Positions 9,838-15,070 of a stretch of DNA of 15,070 nt are shown here, piece after piece. This stretch comes from Paraspadella gotoi. Taxonomy: Eukaryota > Animalia > Chaetognatha. The position numbers were made by a program, and so were the translations under genes. How positions within the stretch are numbered: the first letter of the stretch is position 1; every line of letters starts with the position of its first letter. The stretch is taken from positions 1 to 15,070 of the forward strand of contig JBJCIZ010000542.1 of assembly GCA_051294375.1 (NCBI GenBank), given 5' to 3'. Below the pieces are notes generated by a model, which saw only the letters and a program-made list of their open reading frames with translations, had not been told where the DNA came from and ran no database searches.

Positions 9838-9894
9838 TCCCCTCTTTTTAAAAAAAAAAAATTTTTAAAGTTATTTTAACTGTTGGTCAATGGT

Positions 9895-9918
9895 TATATA
9901 TATATATATATATATATA
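9895..9918. repeat. (TA)n microsatellite
   Basis: Direct reading. Confidence 0.95.
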
Positions 9919-9951
9919 GTGTGGTTATATCAACTGCCAAACAAAAAAATC

Positions 9952-9988
9952 TCATTCAGCATTTGAAGAGAAAAGGCCGAGGCCGTCT
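9952..9988 (+). promoter_or_regulatory. Internal Pol II promoter: Inr (TCATTC) plus DPE-like GGCCGTCT at +28
   Basis: With A9954 as +1, GGCCG starts at 9981 = +28, the canonical DPE position (consensus RGWYV, one mismatch). This architecture is known from jockey/I/Doc 5' ends. Confidence 0.6.
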
Positions 9989-10047
9989 AACTTTAAAAAA
10001 CGATTTCAATTTTTGCATATTGATTGATTGATTGATTCGATTTATTC

Positions 10048-10577
10048 TTGCTCTCTAATTTAACAAAGTTTGGAAATGTTTTCGTCAACGATTTTCAAGT
10101 CTTAAAGAGTATTGTTATGTGTTTAACACTTACTCTAGAAAACCTTGGGCTCATCAAGAAACTTGATCATAACAAAATATCCAACACTGTATTAGGTTCT
10201 GTTGAAAAAACATTAAACTCCTTAGAGAAGGACAAAAATCATTTCACTGCACCACACCCAATATCAAACAGAGCCAAAGAAGCAAAAATAATAATAATAA
10301 TAATCCTTCAAGAAACACTGAAACTGATTCAACCTCAAGTGAGTCAGAAGAAACTGATGAAGAATCTGATGAACAAATAATTCGGTTGAACGAGTTTCAA
10401 CACAAGACATACTCAAAAACTGGAATGAAGAATGGGAGATTTCCCAAAACAACGCCCCAAAGTCAATCTCAGCAACAAAACGATAAAGATCTACACCGCC
10501 TTGGTGCTGTAGGTCCTGACGGAATCCAAAGATCACATCTTATCAAGACCCGACGAGGTAAAGATAATAAAAAATAA
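10048..10577 (+). pseudogene. Short ORF1-like region of the LINE (one frameshift near 10285)
   Basis: 10048-~10285 joins by a 1-nt shift to a frame NNNNPSRNTETDSTSSESEETDEESDEQIIRLNEF...TRRGKDNKK*, ending 1 nt before the ORF2 ATG (10579). No CCHC knuckle or RRM visible. Confidence 0.55.
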
Positions 10578-10578
10578 A

Positions 10579-13496
10579 ATGAAAAGCACCTCTAAGCCAA
10601 TTGCCCTAGTTCATTTAAATAGCAACGGCCGCCCATTTCGCCTTCAAGAATATCTAAGTTTAGTTGACTCATACAAAGAAAAGTTCTTACTTTTTTTAAC
10701 ATGTAACGACATCAGATGTCAAGAAAATGAGCTTTTTCGCATTAAAGGCTTTAAATTCTTTGTCAGCAGCTCTAATACAGCGGCTGGAGGAGTAATGATT
10801 GCCATACCAGATCATTTAAGTGCAGGAACACTAAAACCAACAACAGACATTCCTGAATGTCTTTTTGTCGAAATTCTTCTAAAAGATAAGTTAAAACTGA
10901 TCATAAGCACCGCATATAATCACCCGGGAAAAGAATTGAATGAATCTATATTTATAATTTTACAAAATTCTCAAAGCAACCTAATATTATATGCAGCTTA
11001 TTCGCTGGAGATTTAAACTCACCACAAACAGAATTAGGAGGTAGATTTGACTCTCCTCAAGGATTAAACCTTTTAAATTACATTGCTAAATATGACATCT
11101 GCCGATTACACACTGACACCCCAACATATATCAGTAAGTCTAATAATGATGCAAATGTTCTTGATGTTGTTCTCACTCTTGACAAGTTTGTACAAACGGT
11201 GCAATCATGCACAGTTTTAAACGATGTTGGCTCAGATCACATGCCAGTAGCAACTGTGCTATCTCTTGGTGGACCATCCAAAACAATAAAATCATACAAA
11301 ACTAATTGGGAACAATTCGAGACTACAGTAAAAGAAAATTGGATGGTTTTCACATTGACTCAAGGTCTCCAAATCATTTGGATAAATCAATAAACGAATT
11401 TGCTGAAATTATTACATTATCTCATGAAGAGGTTACCATTGAAAAAACACTAAAGACCAAGAGAAAAGTTTTTATAAGCTTTGAAACTAAACAAGTAATT
11501 AAAAATAAAAGAAAGCTAGCGAGAAAAATTTTAAGAACACGAAAAGCTGGCTACTCTCCTTCAAGAGAAACTTGTCAGGAATATAATTATCTTTGTCGCA
11601 AACTCCGAACATTAAACAAAAGGATTTAAATTCTTACTATGAAAAAGAGGTTAAAAAAATTCTAGAAGAAAAAGACTCCGCAAAAAAATGGAAATTAATC
11701 AATGAACTGACAAACTATAAGCCATCATCCCCACCAGATGCACTAGTCTATCGAGCTGACGGCACTCAAGCTGAAGACAATGCCGCCATCTCAATATTTT
11801 TGCAGATAGATTGGAAGGTATTCTTGGAACCAGTCCAGTCCAACAATATGGAATTGAGTGGGCGAATCATGTTGAAAGTTTTGTCAAACAAAATGAAGCT
11901 TTATTCCATACTGGTTTAATAGAACACACAAATGAAGAATTTAAAGAATACATGAAATCAAATCTTAATATGAAAAATTTAGTTGAACTTATCAAATCTC
12001 TAAAAACAAAATCAGCTGCAGGACCAGATGGAATTACTCATGGCATGTTGAAAATCCTGCCAAAAGAAGGTCTTGAACACTTGTTAGCCATATACCGTGC
12101 CTGCCTAAACATTGGCTACTTTCCCAATCATGGAAACTCGCTCACATCAGAATGATTGCAAAACCAGGACGAGACGCGACATCATCCAGAAACTATAGGC
12201 CAATTAGTTTACTATCAGTTCTTGGAAAACTCTTTGAAAGAATAATTCTTCCAGGTTTAATATCTATGCTAGAACTAAGAGGTAAACGGAATAACTTGCA
12301 ATCAGGCTACAAAAAAGGACGATCTGCCCCAGAAAACATAGTACGACTTGTAGAAGATGCTCATCTTGGATTTAAAATCAGAGGAGTGACAATTTTGGTG
12401 ACTCTCGACTATGCAAAAGCTTTTGACTCAATTTGGCTTGATGGTCTAAAAATACAAATTAATAAAATCAGGAATTCCAAAGGAAATGTTACGAATAATA
12501 GTATCATTCATCAGTGATCGAACATTTTGTGTTATAAGTAAAGGTGAAACTTCACGTACCATAAAAATCATTTGTGGCTCCCCACAAGGTGCCGTCTTAA
12601 GTCCAGAAATCTTTACTTTCTATGTAGAAGATCTTCCACTAATCGAAACAGAAAATCCAAAACCAAGTCTACAACAACTCCAGCGATGGAACAGCACAGA
12701 TGTTTTGGAAAATGCCTCACAATATGCAGATGATTCATCCGTCTGGGCTACCTCAAAGGATCCCGCTAGCGCTGTAACTTGTCTCCAAAAAAACTTTAAA
12801 TCGTTTAGAAGGATGGTGCAAAAAGTGGTTTTTAGAACTTTTACCCGATAAGTCAAACTGTCTACTTTTAACTCGCTCTCATATTTATAATGATTATGCT
12901 ATAGAACTATTTCTTTTTGGTAGTAAAATACCTGTTTGTCAAACAGTTAAATTTTTTAGGATGTAACTTAGATAAAAAATTAACATGGACTCTACATTTA
13001 AATGATCTATTTACTAAAGCAAGATCAAAAATTTTAGCAATCAATCGCCTGTCTAGATTTGTACCAAATGATAACTACCGTCTTGTTTACCAATTATTCT
13101 CTAGTCTTGTTGTCTCATTATTTATGTATTCATTCACCATGTTTTGCTTCAGCTGCAAGATGTCATTGGGAAAAATTTGACAAGCTTCAGTACTTTGCCA
13201 TAAGAACTTTTCAAAATTTACCCCTCCATACCCCTACTGATATTTTATTAGATGCAGCAGACATGATCCCCTTACAGCAATATGTACGCGACTTTTCTAA
13301 CAGAATGCTATCTCGTATAATTCGTTTTAATAATTTGTTTGATGACATTATTGATCGAATTTCTTTTAATCGTATTCAAACCAATATATCTCCGATAGAA
13401 CTACTTCTGGGATGGGAAATACTAGGAAAGGAGCGAATCTGTGTTCATTGTCAATTGGAGAGGTTTCATGAAGTTTGTTCAACCGACTGTAGTTAG
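10579..13496 (+). pseudogene. LINE ORF2: apurinic-like endonuclease, reverse transcriptase and C-terminal Cys/His motif; frameshifted as assembled
   Basis: APE motifs: HLNSNG, GGVMIAI, AYNHP, AGDLN, TPTY, LDVV, GSDHMPV. RT motifs: KSAAGPDGI, WKLAHIRMIAKPG, NYRPISLLSVLGKLFERII, QSGYKKGRS, LDYAKAFDSIW, GSPQGAVLSP, QYADD, FLGCNLDKKLTW. C-terminal CVHCQLERFHEVC. No RNase H seen. Confidence 0.95.
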
Positions 13497-13558
13497 AAGT
13501 GCGATGCACTTTTGTTTCAAAGTCAATTACATTTGTAAATATTCTTGAGAAATAGGTA

Positions 13559-13634
13559 GCTTTTAAAGGCCCTCAAGGTGCCTAAAGCCGCAAGTAATTA
13601 ATATTGTCTATTGTCTATTGTCTCTCTCTCTCTC
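13559..13634 (+). other. LINE 3' terminal stem-loop and microsatellite tail
   Basis: GCTTT..AGGC-CCTCAAGG-T-GCCT-AAAGC hairpin (13559-13588), then (TATTGTC)x3 at 13602-13622 and (TC)n to 13634. Confidence 0.7.
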
Positions 13635-13666
13635 CCTTCTTTTACACAAATTTGTTAATGCATCAT

Positions 13667-13711
13667 TACCGCTGATGAAGACTCGAAATGAAGAGTCGAA
13701 ACATGTCCGTA
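13667..13711 (+). ncRNA. Minimal type I hammerhead ribozyme (Penelope-like pLTR type)
   Basis: CTGATGA (13672-13678), extra A, stem II GACTC/GAGTC (13680-13684 / 13693-13697), GAAA (13698-13701), palindromic ACATGT stem III, GTC cleavage triplet ending 13707. Stem I TACCG/CGTA has one bulge. AATAAA follows at 13716-13721. Confidence 0.85.
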
Positions 13712-13721
13712 TACTAATAAA

Positions 13722-14640
13722 NNNNNNNNNNNNNNNNNNNNNNNNNTCCATCACGATTCAAAGAAGGTTCGAGGGCTTTGATGTAATTGAAATTTATTTT
13801 CTTTATTTCATATTGAACGATGTCACTTGCCGCTCTCGAGGAAGAATTCGTGCGCATCAACATGAACGATTATACTCCTGGAGGGATACGTGACGCCGTT
13901 GGCTCTCTCTGTNNNNNNNNNNNNNNNNNNNNNNNNNNNNNNNNNNNNNNNNNNNNNNNNNNNNNNNNNNNNNNNNNNNNNNNNNNNNNNNNNNNNNNNN
14001 NNNNNNNNNNNNNNNNNNNNNNNNNNNNNNNNNNNNNNCCATCGGAATCGCAGATGAAATGGAAAAATTGGTCACCAAGAAGCTTAGCCAAATTCAAATG
14101 CTGCAAGGTAGTTATCCAAAAGGTTCTATCCAAAGCGGGATGCTCGATGAGAGCGCCAACATGGCACACATTACTGTGCGTCAACGCCGCGAAGCGCCAC
14201 CTCCCGAGAGAGCCGAAGTGAATAATGAGCAGGAAGAGAATGATATTGCTGAGACGGCACCTAAGCAAATGCATGATGCTACTGAGGAAGCTGAGGCGTT
14301 AATTGACGGATACTTTTACGCCATTAATGATATACAACAGAATAATGTTTCTGAAGAAGAGGATTCAGGCCCTGAATATGAGATGGAAGGCCCATCCAGG
14401 ACAAGAGAAATGTCCTGGGACAACCAAACGTNNNNNNNNNNNNNNNNNNNNNNNNNNNNNNNNNNNNNNNNNNNNNNNNNNNNNNNNNNNNNNNNNNNNN
14501 NNNNNNNNNNNNNNNNNNNNNNNNNNNNNNNNNNNNNNNNNNNNNNNNNNNNNNNNNNNNNNNNNNNNNNNNNNNNNNNNNNNNNNNNNNNNNNNNNNNN
14601 NNNNNNNNNNNNNNNNNNNNNNNNNNNNNNNNNNNNNNNN
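13722..14640. other. Assembly gaps at 13722-13746, 13913-14038 and 14432-14640
   Basis: N runs. Confidence 1.
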
Positions 14641-15070
14641 CATGAATGACATCGACAAAGAGATTGAGAAGAAAACTCAACCTTACAACGAGGCTTGTAC
14701 TGCATACTCCTCTTCTGACAATGACACGAGAAATGAAATAGATGAGTTGAAAAGAGTGATTAGGAACCTGCAAGGTCGCATGTCATGTATGGAAACGACC
14801 TTTAACGAAACAAGAACCACCCAAGAAGGAGCCATCACCGAACTGCAAAACCACTGTATCAACCATGAAGTTGAGATTAAGAAACAAGAAAAGATGATAT
14901 GTCACCTAGGAAACCAGGTCAAGGAACTCACCAAACAACTGGAAAGAGAAAAGAACAGGCGAGTAAGTTTTGGAGGCACCACAACTCGTGATATTCCTCC
15001 GAAACAAGATTCTCCAACTCCTGAACCCCATCCAACCCATCCTACTACCGCTCCAACCGCTGCTGCTACA
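13820..15070 (+). CDS. Gap-interrupted, 3'-incomplete ORF: acidic/coiled-coil protein with Pro/Thr-rich stretch, probably retroelement ORF1/gag-like
   Basis: Three stop-free segments: 13820-13912 (MSLAALEEEF...), 14041-14431 (IGIADEMEKLV...SWDNQT) and 14642-15070 (MNDIDKEIEKK...EIDELKRVIRNLQGRM...VKELTKQLEREKNRRVSFGG...). They are separated by N gaps, so frame continuity is unverifiable. No recognisable catalytic domain. Confidence 0.6.

Larger units (their letters stand above)
9952..13634 (+). mobile_element. Non-LTR retrotransposon (LINE, jockey/I-group-like), apparently retaining both ends
   Basis: Inr+DPE-like 5' end, ORF1-like region, APE-RT ORF2, short 3' UTR with stem-loop and (TATTGTC)3(TC)n tail. 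No TSD found, so the boundaries are inferred. Confidence 0.88.

Noticed and set aside
10354-10372. Two CTGATGAA motifs
   Set aside because: Encode TDEESDE in ORF1; no stem II or GAAA arrangement.
13618-14773. Minus-strand and alternate-frame ORFs spanning N gaps
   Set aside because: Lengths are inflated by X residues; they are shadows of the + strand ORF.

Overview
AT-rich eukaryotic (probably invertebrate) repeat-dense DNA with no recognisable host gene. Main contents, left to right: (1) 1-8200: micro/minisatellites, several inverted-repeat-bounded MITE-like relics, a GC-rich degenerate island inside a ~35-55 bp inverted repeat (4598-5778), and a decayed Ty3/gypsy pol/integrase fragment (~6460-7490). 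(2) 9202-9837 (-): a 636-bp non-coding TRIM (TGTG..CACA LTRs, PBS, PPT) whose LTRs each carry a tRNA-derived module with canonical tRNA spacing, i.e. a Pol III-promoter TRIM (Cassandra analogue, Helenus/TRIMp3-like). (3) ~9952-13634 (+): an apparently end-to-end jockey/I-group-like LINE (Inr+DPE-like promoter, short ORF1, APE-RT ORF2, 3' stem-loop and microsatellite tail), broken by about ten 1-nt frameshifts, mostly in homopolymers. (4) 13667-13721 (+): a minimal type I hammerhead ribozyme plus AATAAA of the Penelope pLTR type, followed by a gap-interrupted coiled-coil ORF running off the window end. All calls come from manual reading; no searches or folding programs were run.
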